Shown: positions 1-12,100 of the stretch, piece by piece
Position numbering within the stretch: position 1 is the stretch's first letter
Layout of the letters: the number at the start of each line of letters is the position of its first letter
Assembly: GCA_964562525.1 (NCBI GenBank)
Contig: CAZLTL010000003.1
Span: 4,115 to 68,114, forward strand
From: an uncultured bacterium
GTDB taxonomy: Bacteria > Omnitrophota > Omnitrophia > Omnitrophales > Aquincolibacteriaceae
Direction: 5' to 3'
DNA: 64,000 nt
Program-made: the position numbers and the translations under genes
The notes under the pieces: model-generated
What the model saw: only the letters and a program-made list of their open reading frames with translations
Told to the model about the DNA's origin: nothing
Databases searched by the model: none

Positions 1-1126
1 AACTTCCGAACGATCCGGACAGCCCGCCGCGTACCATTTTAAATAAGCTTCCATAAATGCATCAATTTTCCCGTCAAGAAAACCCTGAGTGTCGGAGGTT
101 TGCTCAAAAGTTCTTAAGTCCTTGATCATGCTGTACGGATGCAGAACATAAGAACGGATTTGGGAACCCCACTCGATTTTTTTCTTTTCACCGTATTCAG
201 CCAAATGCGCTTCTTCTTTTTTGCGCCGTTCATGCTCATAAATTCGCGACTTCAAAACCTGAAGCGCGGATGCTTTGTTTTGAATCTGTGAACGCTGGTT
301 TTGACACTGAACCACAATTCCCGTAGGAATATGAGTCAAACGCACAGCGGATTCAATTTTATTGACGTTTTGTCCGCCCTTACCGCCTGCACGGTAAGTA
401 TCAATCTTCAAATCTTTTTCGTTAATTTCAACCGGAACATCTTCGGCAACCTGCGCGATCACATCGACGGATGAAAAAGAAGTATGCCGGCGCTTATTGG
501 AATCAAAAGGTGAAATGCGCACGAGCCGGTGCACGCCGCTTTCCGATTTCAAATAACCAAAAGCGTAAGGGCCGCTCACCGTAAACGTCACGCCTTTAAC
601 CCCGGCTTCATCGCCGTCATTGTAATCAAGCATTTCAACGGCAAACCCGCGGCGCTCACACCAGCGCAAATACTGGCGCAAAAGCATTGAGGTCCAGTCA
701 CAGGCTTCCGTCCCGCCGGCGCCCGCGTTGATATTCACGATAGCGTTGCTCGCATCGCGCGGTTCGGAAAGCAATCTTTGAAACTCCACCGCCGCGACTT
801 CTTTGGCAAGCTTCTCAACTTCACCTTGGATTTCGCGGAAAGACTCCTCCTGATTTTCGTCAACCATGTCAACAAGCTCAAGGGTATCGCGCGCGTCCTG
901 ATCCGCTTTTTGCCACGGTTCATAGACGTTTTTGAGAATTTTCAGCTTTTCAACGATTTGCTTCGCCTTCTCTTGGTTATCCCAAAAGGTGGGCTCGGCC
1001 ATTTGCTCGTTCAGGGCTTCAATTTGGCGCAGTTTGTCATCGAGGTCAAAGATACCTCCTGATCTCTTGAAGCTTGGCCGCGAGATCATTAAGGTGTGCC
1101 TTGAGTTGAGTGATTTCTTCTTTCAT
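1..1126 (-). CDS. prfB: Peptide chain release factor 2 (3' end runs off window start); two reading frames joined by programmed +1 frameshift
   Basis: Reverse-strand translation gives [26 protein letters not shown], an in-frame TGA, and then after a +1 shift [15 protein letters not shown]...[18 protein letters not shown]...[43 protein letters not shown]...[18 protein letters not shown] and GGQ motifs are present. Frame is open through position 1. Confidence 0.8.
1045..1060 (-). promoter_or_regulatory. prfB programmed +1 ribosomal frameshift site (SD-like AGGAGG, 3-nt spacer, CUU UGA C)
   Basis: Minus strand reads AGGAGGTATCTTTGACCTCGATGAC. This is the canonical RF2 autoregulatory shift site, with the in-frame UGA followed by C. 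Confidence 0.75.
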
Positions 1127-1138
1127 AAAATAATTCGC

Positions 1139-2137
1139 TTACTGCGCGGGGCGCGTGAGCCAGGAAAATGGCTGGATTTGAACCGATTGGATGGCTTCCA
1201 TCAGGCTGTCGGATTTACGTAAATATTTTTCAGCGGTTTTGCAGATTTTTTCCTGCGCGGCGCTTGCGAGGGCTGATAAATTTTTAAGTTTGTCGAGCTT
1301 CCATGTTTCCACTAAAAAGAGCAGCAATTCAGCATAATCGCGCGTCGTATAAATACCGAGCTTTTGCGCCACGATTGAATAATCTCCGAAAATATCGCGG
1401 CCGGAACCGTCATCCATTAAACGCGCGGGCATCACGATTTTGGAAAGCAGCATATCGGCCATCGCTTCCATCGCGCCGTTGGGATCGCATTCGAGACACA
1501 CCTTGAAAAGATTTTGATAGGCTTGTTCATGGCGGGCTTCATCCCCCGCGATTAAAGCGCTGATGCGGCCAAGTTTTTTATCACCAAACTTATGCGCAAG
1601 TAACCCCATATTGCGGTGCGAAACCCGTGTAGCGCGCTCTTGAAAAGAGGCGTACACGATCGACTTATAAACATGGTTACCCGAACCGAGGTTGAATCCG
1701 TTGCGGATTAAATTGTGAATCGTAATTTCAATCGAATGCATATTCACGCGGCCGGTTAAATAGAGATAGCGGTTCAAAACATCCCCATGACGGTTTTCTT
1801 CGGCCGACCAGGCGCGGGTCCATTTCGCCCAGGGCGTCGTGTCGGTGCCGCTTTCATCGCGGAACTCCATGTGGCGGTTCAACCAAGTTTGATAAGACGG
1901 CAAAGCTTCTTCGGTGATCATGTTGCCCACCAAACAAGCAAGAGCTTCATCCGGAATCTGGGCGGCCTCTTTTTGAAACTCCGCCACTTCGTCTTTCCAG
2001 TTTTTACTGGAAAAATCAGGTAAAAGGTCGGTAGGCTGCCAAGTATCAGCCGCGGGCTTTAAAAGCGGAAGCTGGGCCTCGGTCGCTTTTTGCAGTTCAT
2101 TAATGATGTCCTGAGGGATCAATTTGTCGCTAAACAT
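1139..2137 (-). CDS. Soluble acyl-ACP (stearoyl-ACP-type) desaturase, di-iron ferritin-like fold
   Basis: Two E-x-x-H di-iron motifs (WSAEENRHGD and AGDEARHEQAY). Overall similarity to DesA-type acyl-ACP desaturases. 332 aa. Confidence 0.75.
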   Translation of the reverse strand: MFSDKLIPQDIINELQKATEAQLPLLKPAADTWQPTDLLPDFSSKNWKDEVAEFQKEAAQIPDEALACLVGNMITEEALPSYQTWLNRHMEFRDESGTDTTPWAKWTRAWSAEENRHGDVLNRYLYLTGRVNMHSIEITIHNLIRNGFNLGSGNHVYKSIVYASFQERATRVSHRNMGLLAHKFGDKKLGRISALIAGDEARHEQAYQNLFKVCLECDPNGAMEAMADMLLSKIVMPARLMDDGSGRDIFGDYSIVAQKLGIYTTRDYAELLLFLVETWKLDKLKNLSALASAAQEKICKTAEKYLRKSDSLMEAIQSVQIQPFSWLTRPAQ

Positions 2138-2155
2138 AAGGGCGAATCATACCAT

Positions 2156-2188
2156 AGACTGCAGACTACAGACTACAGACAAAAGACA
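2156..2188. repeat. Short tandem heptamer repeat (CAGACTA x3, degenerate) in intergenic region upstream of the desaturase gene
   Basis: agactgcagactacagactacagacaaaagaca seen directly. Confidence 0.4.
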
Positions 2189-2298
2189 CTGATAATTCGG
2201 CATGTTCAGCGCGCTGAAACTTCACCCTAACCGAATGACACAATAAATGCATAATTCCGTTGTACTTCTGTCTTCAGTCTGTGGTCTTGGGTCTGATT

Positions 2299-2688
2299 TT
2301 AGGCCGGTTTTGAGATTGGCTCAGAGGAAAAAGCGAGGCGGATATCCGTCACAATACGGTGCGCGCTCAAGGGCTTTAAGTACAAAGCCACTTGTCGACC
2401 GCGCACCAGGGGGGATTCCTTGGTACCATCTAATTTTCCGGTAAGAAATATAACGGGAGTTTGGGGCGTGCCGGCAAGTTTCATGACTCGATCATAAACA
2501 TCAGGTCCGGAATGATCTCCAAAAAAAATATCGAGTAAAATCAAATCGGGATTGGTTTTAAAAAATACACGTTCAAATTCCTCGGCATCGGAAGCCGTCA
2601 CGACATCATATCCGTAATGGCTGAAGATTTCTGACAACATAGTCAGAGCATCCGGCTCATCATCCGCGATCAATATCTTTTGAATCAT
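2299..2688 (-). CDS. Stand-alone CheY-like response regulator receiver domain
   Basis: MIQKILIADDEPD...LILLDIFFGDHSG...IFLTGK. Typical receiver acidic pocket and phospho-acceptor Asp. 129 aa. Confidence 0.75.
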   Translation of the reverse strand: MIQKILIADDEPDALTMLSEIFSHYGYDVVTASDAEEFERVFFKTNPDLILLDIFFGDHSGPDVYDRVMKLAGTPQTPVIFLTGKLDGTKESPLVRGRQVALYLKPLSAHRIVTDIRLAFSSEPISKPA

Positions 2689-3184
2689 CCTGTTTTGTCC
2701 TTAAAAATAACCCGATCAAAAGTGGTTAAGCGTTTCCATTCAAGGCCCTTTGAAGCTAAGCCCGCCTACACAAAAGATGCGTCACTGGCTGTTGATTTAC
2801 AACACGCAGAATGAAGCAAGAATCTTCTTTAATTTTTTTATAAAGTGATGGGGCTCAGATGCCGCGCGGCTTTTATCCTCATCGGCGTATGGCCTTGCGC
2901 CTCCAGAGCCGGCGCTGGCTCCGCAAGCCTGTTTCGAAACGCTTGTTCCGGTTCATGATTCTGTCTCATTCGGCGAAGGAAGCCTTCCGCGGATGGAACG
3001 CGGCATTCCTTTCGCATCCTCGCAAGAATCATTCCCTTCACTGCACATGTTTCTCAACACGGCTTGCTGAAAAAAAAGACAGGGCAGACTCCAAAAGAAC
3101 ACATCAGGATGGAAAATGGAGAAAAAGAATTCCGAGAAGCTCCCGGAGTTGCGGAACGCATCTCCGTGAGTTGAGAAAACTGTA

Positions 3185-6100
3185 TTAAGCTGAAGTCATC
3201 ACACGGCGGGCTGCCGCGGAGAAAAGCTCCAGAACGGAAGATAAAAGGAAAATCCCCTCGCCTTTTCGGATCTGGAGATGCTGAATCCAGCGCGCAAAAC
3301 CTGTTGCCCATGCCGCTTCGATTTCATCCGTCCGCGTGGCGGCAAAAAAGGCCATCGCCTCCGGCACTAGTGCAAAGGAAACTTCGGTCGGCAAACTTTC
3401 AGCAGATAAGTTTCTCTGCCACGCCATACCTGCCAAAATTTCTCGCGCGCCAAACACACCATAATGATCGCGCCATTTAGCCGAGTTAAAAACATCGGTT
3501 GCCAACTGCCCCATAGCCTGAGGACCGTACATTTTAACTTGTTTGAGCTTGCCAAACTTCTTTTCAAAAGTGGCGCGCTCATAGTCGGTCCTGAAAACCA
3601 AAGCAAACCGATATTGCTTGGTACTTTGCCCCGGATACAACGTCTCAAATGATTTTTGAGTCAGCTCAATAAACTCGATCAGCTGAGATTCAATTTCAGG
3701 GGAGTAAAAAATAACCGGAGCCGTTTTTGGGATTTGCTTAGCGGCAATCGCATCTTTCCAACGAGTCAGAGCTTGCTGCCACAAAGCTTTTGCTTGCGGC
3801 GAAATTTGCCGCGCCTGCTGAACCAACCGAACCTCAATCGCCGTATCCGCCGCCATTTGCGCTTCAAGCCAATCCTGAAAACGAATTTCATCGTCACGCT
3901 CCTCGCTGTAAACAGGAGTCACCGCGTCTGAACCGATCCAAATCCCCAAATCTCGCGTTTCAGATCGGTGCACAGACCGAATCAATTCAACTAAGTCTTC
4001 GCGTGTTCCTTCTTCCTCCCACAATCGCTTAAGCTCATCGAGCTTTGCTCTAAAAGGATTCCAAACTTCAGTGCTGTTTAAATACATTTGTAACAAAAAA
4101 TACACCCCCAGCGTTTCGTATGGAATCGGTTTATCTTCAGACTCACCTGCATCATCTAAAAATATTTTTGAACTTTTATATTTTTCAAGATTCGCAGAAT
4201 TGCTGTCTGATTCAATCAACATTAATAAATCAAGTGTGCGCAAAACAATCGAACCATCACTAACAATCTCGTCGGGTGATAGCTCACGTTTGTACAAAAA
4301 CCCGATATCGTTACCAAAGCGATGCTCATTCATCCAACTGTTAAATGATATTTTAATTACAGACTCAGAAGCATCTTCAGTTTTCATCAGAGTAAATGCT
4401 TCTATACCAACCGTCATATCTTCCAACTCGCCAATAATGTGTTTTATCCGCCTCAGCTTATCTTGCAATCGCTGCCCATCTGCACGAGCTTCCGAGCGGC
4501 CGATATTAAAAATGTAGGTATTCGTTCCCGAGCCGTTAGGAAATGTCATCACACGCGGGTCGCCGAATTTTTCCTTGAGCATTTCAACATCAAGCTCACC
4601 TTTCATATCCGGCTGAGCGCCGTAGAGTACGAAATAGGATCCTGCCGGCGCATTTTCAATGCGTTCCAGCAATTGGCTGCGATGCTTCATATTCTCCAAA
4701 CCGGCCGAACCGCCCGCAAAATAATAATAAATCCGTTTTCGTTCAGGCTCGATTTTACCGTTGAGTGTAATTAAATTTATTCTCGAGGCATCCAAAAAAT
4801 TGCCGTTGATAGTCGCTATTTTTTCCGAAGCGTACTGTGATGATGCGCCAAAACCGATCCTTTGCCGTTCAAATTCGACGGTAAAACGATCAATTAGCAC
4901 TTTGCCGTCCGCAAACAAGGATTCATCCCCTTCGATTCCCACGGCTTTGTGCACGCCCAGATGCGCGGCAACAATCAAAGAAGTATTTAATCCGCTACCT
5001 AAATCGATGAAATCATGCTCGCCGGTTACGATGGGTTTCAAAGCCTGAATCACTTCGTCCATAGGCGAAGGAACAAAAATACCTGCCCACGTTTTTTTCC
5101 AAACAGATGGCAAACCGCCAAGTAAAATTTGATACTTCTGGGCCAAGATCGGCTTGGAGACATCTCTCAGCAAATCAAAAAACCATTGGTCATCCGCGCT
5201 GAGATTCATATCCCGCACCTGCCCTGAGTGCGTCGAACGGGTTTCAGAACGTTCATTTGACTCGGGGAATTGCAAACTAGAGTCAGGCTGATTAAATTCA
5301 GAATCGAATGCGCCGCCGGATCGATATAAATTTTTAATTTTTATAAAAAAAGAAATGCCTAGAGCTGTGAATCCAAAAACCGACATGGCCAACGGGATCA
5401 AACGCAGCCATGAAACTCCATTCAAAGTCAAAGAGAGAGCACTAACAACTACCCCAAAAAAACCAGATAACATCATCGGTATGCGCCAATCCATGAGCTC
5501 CGCCATCCAATCAATATTTTTTATATTTTGATTATTGGTTTGATTTAAGTCTGTGGCTTTTAACTCAACCCCGGCTATTGCTTCAACTATCTGTTCGACC
5601 ACTTGGACAACAGGGTTCAGAGGCCACATTCCGGTTATTTTTTCACCGCTAAAGTCACGATCTAATTCGGGCGCATAGGCTTCATCCAAAGCACTGCGCT
5701 CACGGGCAATTTCCGGAGTCATCGCATGAAAATACTCGTGGCCATATTCTTGTAAAGGAGTGTAGTCATGACTTGTATATCCCGTCTGCAAAGTGCGAAA
5801 CTTTGTGAGCACATCATAGTCACTGCCCTCTTCTCGAGCCTGCCCCCTGCGGAATACAAGCCCTATTTTTTCCGCATTCTCAGGTGATAAGCCAACGTAT
5901 CCTTTCTCAAAAAGCTCGTTGAATAAAGGACGTGCGCCAGGAGTTGCATCGATATCGCGATACATCGCATGCGATTCGAGTTGTCGTCCCGTTACATCAA
6001 CGTAAATAGGCTGAAGACCGGGATACTGAACAACCTGAACGACATGCCGAAGATAGCCCCCAAACACTAATGAAGCTCCGTGAATCGTTGATTTAATTTT

Positions 6101-9100
6101 TCCTGCGGATAACGAATAAAGACTGCGATGAAAACTAAGCGATGAAGACGTGCACCACCCCACCATAAAGTCTGCGGATAAATACAAAATGGGGTTACGA
6201 AATTGAATACCTGCAAGATGTGTCGCGGGATATTGATCCGAAGCCCACTTTCCATTATGAACACTCCAACTTGCCGTTTCGCCCATATAGGGCCCGGCAT
6301 GCTTCAATAGGGCCTCCCAAGATTCGTAAACCGCTTGCCGAATAATGACTTCAAGATCGTCTTGTGTCACTTTTGCGTCTGCTTCAAATAAACGAAAGAC
6401 GCGTTCAACCTCCGCAGCAGGCGGGGCCTCCACAATCGGCAGAGGTCCTTGTTTATTCATTTCGCTTAAGAGCGCAGTTTCTTCAGTTTCTGAAAGTTGA
6501 CGATCATTAATCCCCATGTATTTTTTGGGATGAACCGAAGTCCGTGTTTCGGAGCGTTGCAGCTTCACCGCGGAAATAACCCAATAATCTTTTTTGCTAT
6601 CGGTCAAATCGAACGAAATACTTTGGAAGCCGAAATCCGATAATGCGTCTTTAATTTCATCTTGGCTGTATTGACGATATTGAAACCCCTCAGCCAATTT
6701 GGATTCAGGCGGATAAGTCATGATAAAAATACTTCCGCCCGGTTTTAATACGCGCGAGGCATCTTGAACGGCACTTTTTAAATCTAAATGCCCGATGCTT
6801 TCGGGATAAATGACCGTGTCATAACTTTGCTTTTGAAACGGTAAAAGCTCCCCATGCGCGACAACCGTTATGATTTGACTTCGCACACCTTCACTCTGGT
6901 TGATAATTTGCAAAAATTCAGGCAGAACATCCGTCCCCGTCACTTCCGCCCCATACCGCCTAATCAAATCGCCTTCAAGCGCACCGATGCCGATTCCGAC
7001 AGAAAGAAGTTTTTTACCGCGGCTTCTTGCTCCTATCTGATCCGCCACATACTGTCTCAGCTTTGGATAACGAAGCAACGAACTCATATCTGCCCGAACA
7101 TAACCCGGATCAATGCGAGCAAAAGGCCCGTAAATTCTTTGGGTCTGCCGGACATTCTTTAAGATGCGTTTAACGTCAACGGCCCGTCCCGCCCTGGTTA
7201 ATTCTTCTGCGACTTCATGTGCAAAAGCTTCCGCGGGGCGGCCCAAAATATAAAGACGAACCGCGGCAGCGAGAATGACAGCGAGATAGTCTTTTTGTTC
7301 ACGCTTTTGGATGTGACGGCTCTCAAAAGCATTCATAACATCCTCTTTCAATCCGCGAAGATCTGAAAGCGTGTAACTCATACTCTCAACTTCTGTATAA
7401 ATCTCATCCAATTTCCCACGCATTTCGGAGCGGTTTAATTTCAAAACAAGGCTTTGCGGGTTTTCCGTCAGCTCAAATCCGAGGCGTTGCAACGGCACGG
7501 CAAAAACAGAACTCTGACGGGCTTCTTCGGCAGATAAATAGAAAAATAAATCTTCCGGCTTAGGATTAAAGTAAGTGCTGAAATAAATTTTTAAAAAATC
7601 AACTAAGCGGCGTCCATGCCCTTGACCACGGTAACCAGGTAACCCCGCTTCAGGTTCAAAAATTTGAAAGCGCAGCTGAAAGCTTTTTTCACCGATGCGG
7701 TTAAAAACAACATAACCAAGAATCGGAATATCTTGATCACCAAAAAGGATAATACCACCCAGATTGTCACGCCGACTCCAACGATAGAAACGGTTGTAGT
7801 TACGTTTACCGCTAACATCTGTTCCATGATCCCAAATAAAAGCGCGAGCATTGGTGTGAAGCACATCTTCATGATCAAGCGGTATGTCAGCCCCATCGCG
7901 AGCCATAGCAAGCCCGCGCCTTCCAAGCTCTTGAAGCAACTTTTGAAAAAATGCCTGTGATTCTTCAACACTAAAAAGATGGCTTTTAATTTCTGGGGCA
8001 CTCTCAGGTATGTGAGCTTGCGATGGCTTATTGAGAACTTCTTTTTTTAGAGCTGTCAAAGCGTAATAACCTACCGTTATTCCGATCAAGGCTATACTTG
8101 CAGCCACGATTGAAAGTGCCGAAGCTCCGCCCAAAATAAATATCAGTCCGACAACTGAGAGATTCACCCGCAAGTAAGTTTTAAGATCAAAACTGGGCTT
8201 TTGCGAATTCACCATATAGTTACGGAACAGCTGCATGAAAAGACCGAGGGTAAAAATAGTGGGTATGCGTAATAATTCCGGAACAATATCTTGTGCGATG
8301 TGATGCTGTGCTAGGAGCACGGGCAAACGCCCCCAAACACCTTTAAGATCTTTGCCCCACTGACTGCGAGTGGAATATGCGGCCTGAAGCTCGTCGATTT
8401 TATCCGGTGCCACATCTCCGCGTGTTTTTATTTCTGCCACACCGCGACGATTCCAATAGCCATTGAAGTAAACCGATATTAGGCTACTGAATGATACGCC
8501 GACAAAACCGCTGATTGCCGCGCGCAAAAGTGGCGAAGTAAATAAATCAACCCAATAAACATTGGCGGCAAATGCCACCACGCCCGTCAAAAATCGCACA
8601 CCCATAAATGCTGTAAAACGCTTTTTGACATGATATTGGTAAGCGGGATAATCACTGATCAGCTGCGTGTAATAATCTGCAATCGCCCCGGTCACAGAAG
8701 CGATCAAACCCGAAGCAACCAAGCTTCCCAACGCAAAATCGCCCCAGTAAAAAGAATTGATCCATGAGTAAAGGTTAAAGATAAAAGGAAAGCCAAAATA
8801 CCAGCTCGCAAGCTCAATCAATCCCCACGCCACCGCGCCTATCGCAATATGAAGATAAAACCGTTTTTTTGAAATTTGTTTATCAGAGGCAGCAACATCA
8901 GAGTATTGTTGATTAATCTTACGTACTTCAGAACGACTGACAACAATCACCTTCCAACCTTGATCATGCAAATAGCGCATTCCAGCAAGGTTATTGCGAC
9001 TCGCAACGACAGCGGTAAAAACATCATCATACTGAGATCGGTCGGGACCATTACGAAAAACCGTGGTAAAAGCAACATGAAATCCCTGCTCTAAAAGAAC

Positions 9101-12100
9101 CCGCACTGCGGCATAATTTTGATAATGATCGGACGCTACATAGACAAGCCCATCATCTTTCACAAGCTGTGCAGCCATCTCCGTAAAAACAGCCATATTC
9201 CCCGCTCTGGGGGTCGGCGAATTTACAGATACAAAATCCATCGAGCCCTTTCCGTGCTCCTTTAGAAATTCTTCATTGGTTGAATGGGCATCGTAATTTT
9301 CAGTTCCAAACATCTGAATTTGTAAGCCGGCTTTTGCAAAATAGGTTTGTGCTTGCGGTAAAAACCAACCCTCCCCCATCCCTAAATCAACGCCCTTTAA
9401 CTTTGGCCGCCCGTCAAATTGAGCCTTAATCAACCGCACAAAATCGGGAATAGGATTATTAATATCCGCCGACAATTCTCCTTCGGGCCACAGCATATCC
9501 ACACCCTCTTTAACTGTCGAAACAACGGTCGCAAAAGCATCCGTTGCTTTGGTTTCCTTCTCACCTCTTGCTTCAGAACGGTTCGCGGTCGTTCGCTGCT
9601 TCAGATCTTGAACGGGTAGAATCCAGTGCTGGGCCTTTGTTTTTTTAAGGAAAGCGTCAACGCGCTTATGGGTCACATCTTTGTGAGCGTGAATATCAAG
9701 AAAAAGCCGATCGGCTTCTTCTTTGTTGTCAGGTGGGTAATAACCGCGTGAAAGATTAAAAAGTACCCGTAAATAAAGATCCCCCAGACGAGATTTCGTG
9801 ATTTGGCTTTCCGCATCCACACGAATATGAATAGGGTTACGGCTGACCAGTCCCGCTAGCCAAGCGTTATACAAATCGTGCGTCTTAAATGCATATTTAC
9901 TGGTACTGTGGTCACGGTAAGCTTTAAAGACATTGAACGCAGCATTAATCGAGTGTGTTTTGATCCCATCTTTGTCCTTAAAAATTTGATAGATTGCATA
10001 AGCCACGGGCGTTCCGCGATCACTCGCATCTTTAAGATCAATCATATTGAAAAAAGTGACGCCGTAAACATTGCCCGGCAAAACAGGAACACTGACCATT
10101 TCCAACATTAACTTGCCGGGCTTAAGTGAATACAGGGTATGTCTTGCGTCTTTGGCGTTATCACGCATTGCGGTAAAATAGCTATGGTCAAAATAGTTTT
10201 CCATTTCAGGTGCCCCGCGCACCGCTTGCGCGAAACGCGTGACCTCCTGATGCGCTAATTCCTCGGCCAATGCATCGGACCGCACATTGGGCAAACTGCG
10301 AATTATTTTCAATCTCAGCGCGTCGGCCTGCTCTGATATTGTCATTTTGGATTTGGCAGCGCGAGCCTCAGAACGGCGGACAGGAATTCGAACTTTGACT
10401 TCGTTTACTAAGTTCTCAGGCAAGGGCTGAAAACCGCCCATTCGCATGAGATAGTTTCGACCGCTTAATCCTTCGATAAAAACCCGCTCGCCGTAGCGCT
10501 TTTGCTGATTGCGGTGAAATGCTTGCGCTTCTTCGGAAGGATCAACTTCAATCCATACCTCCGAGATACCTCTTTCCTTCATGTCAGAGAAAAAACGGTC
10601 GCGTAAACGGGTCGCTAACTTTAGGCCCTGCCGCCGCCACTTTTTAGCTACAAATAATCCGGTTGTGCGGACGCGCCCTGATGTTCCGCTCAAAAGACTA
10701 TCGTAAGCCTGCACCGCGGCCAATTCAGGCTTGCCATACTTGCCGGTTATTTTCCATTTAGAACTTACGTAAGCAATCCAGGCATAAGGCGGAATGCGCA
10801 CAGCCCATTCCTGCGAAAATTCAACGGCCTTTTGTTTTTCTTTCAAACTGAGGTCGGAATACTTTGCAAATGTAATTTTGTATTCATGATCCGCATTTTT
10901 CAAATCTGAATATGCCTGAAGTAATTTAAAAATCAACGCGCCCGCGGTAAAAACAACCGCAGCCGCGACAAAAGCAACCCCAAAGATAACGCCCCAAAAA
11001 GCGAATCCAAAAAAAGTTTTAAAAGCAAACCTGGCATCCTCCGTTTTATCGAGCCATTCGGGCTTATTTTTTTGTTGGATTAACTGCGGCCTGCTTTCAC
11101 CCTCACGCGCCTCCGAGCGCTGATAAATGCTGCGCGTCAATCCGGCAAGTTCCGAGACATTCACCTTAATTCCATCTCCCCAGCGAAAAGGCTTGATCGC
11201 GATATAGTTCGCTTTATGATTAGGAAAAGATTTCAATTCAACCAACGTTTCATCTCCGTTGGCTCTCTCAAATCCAATCTCATTCGGACCGTACCCGCGA
11301 AGATAAACAGCTTCCTCCTTTTGCCCATTCAAAAAAGCCTCCGGCTCAGAGCCATTGGTCGCCAAAGTAAACCACCCGCCCGTATAGGAAACACGCACAG
11401 ACTCAAAATGCTCTCGCATGACTCCGTCCGCATCCGCTTCGACCACAGCAAAACGAAACTCGCGCCCATCTCCCGTCCCTTGAAAAAAACGATCCGGAAG
11501 CATAAGCTCGAAATCACGCGGAATCAAAACTGCATCTTGATTTTTAGCTCCAAATTCCGAAAGAGTTTCAGCAAGGGAAACCGCATCGAACTTACTCGGG
11601 CGAACGGAAAGCTGTAAATCTTCAAAACGCCAAAGACGCGATTCCGAACGCCGCAAGGCGGGGCTGCGGATCTCTTCCCATGTAAGATTGCTTCGATTAA
11701 GAAAATCTTGAATTTCTTGAACAGCTTGATCGAGCCCCTGATTCATGGCTGCAGTTAATTCGGGTCGAACCCGTTCGCGAACTTGACGGCGATGATCTCC
11801 GTCGCGTGCTGCAACCAACGCGTTGAGTGCGTACTCCAGACGAAGCCATTTTTGGGCGGGCACGGTTCGCATTCGAGCAAAATACTTTTCGACGCTTAAA
11901 TGCTTTTCATCCGCATAAATATCTTTGAGATGAATGGTTGAAATCAAACTGTCCACCGCTTCTACATTTTCGTGAAAATCATCGACCAGTAGCGCATGGT
12001 CTTTGGCGATACCTGCAGATTCAAGATGCTTTTGAATAGCTTTCAGCTTTTCTATGCCCGCCCCATCCGTAAAAAGCCAATCCGTAATAGCACCTTCCCC

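Noticed and set aside
2859-3188. 109-aa Arg-rich ORF in the 500-bp gap downstream of giant gene 1
   Set aside because: Extremely basic and low complexity, no SD, overlaps the giant gene stop. Likely non-coding 3' region.
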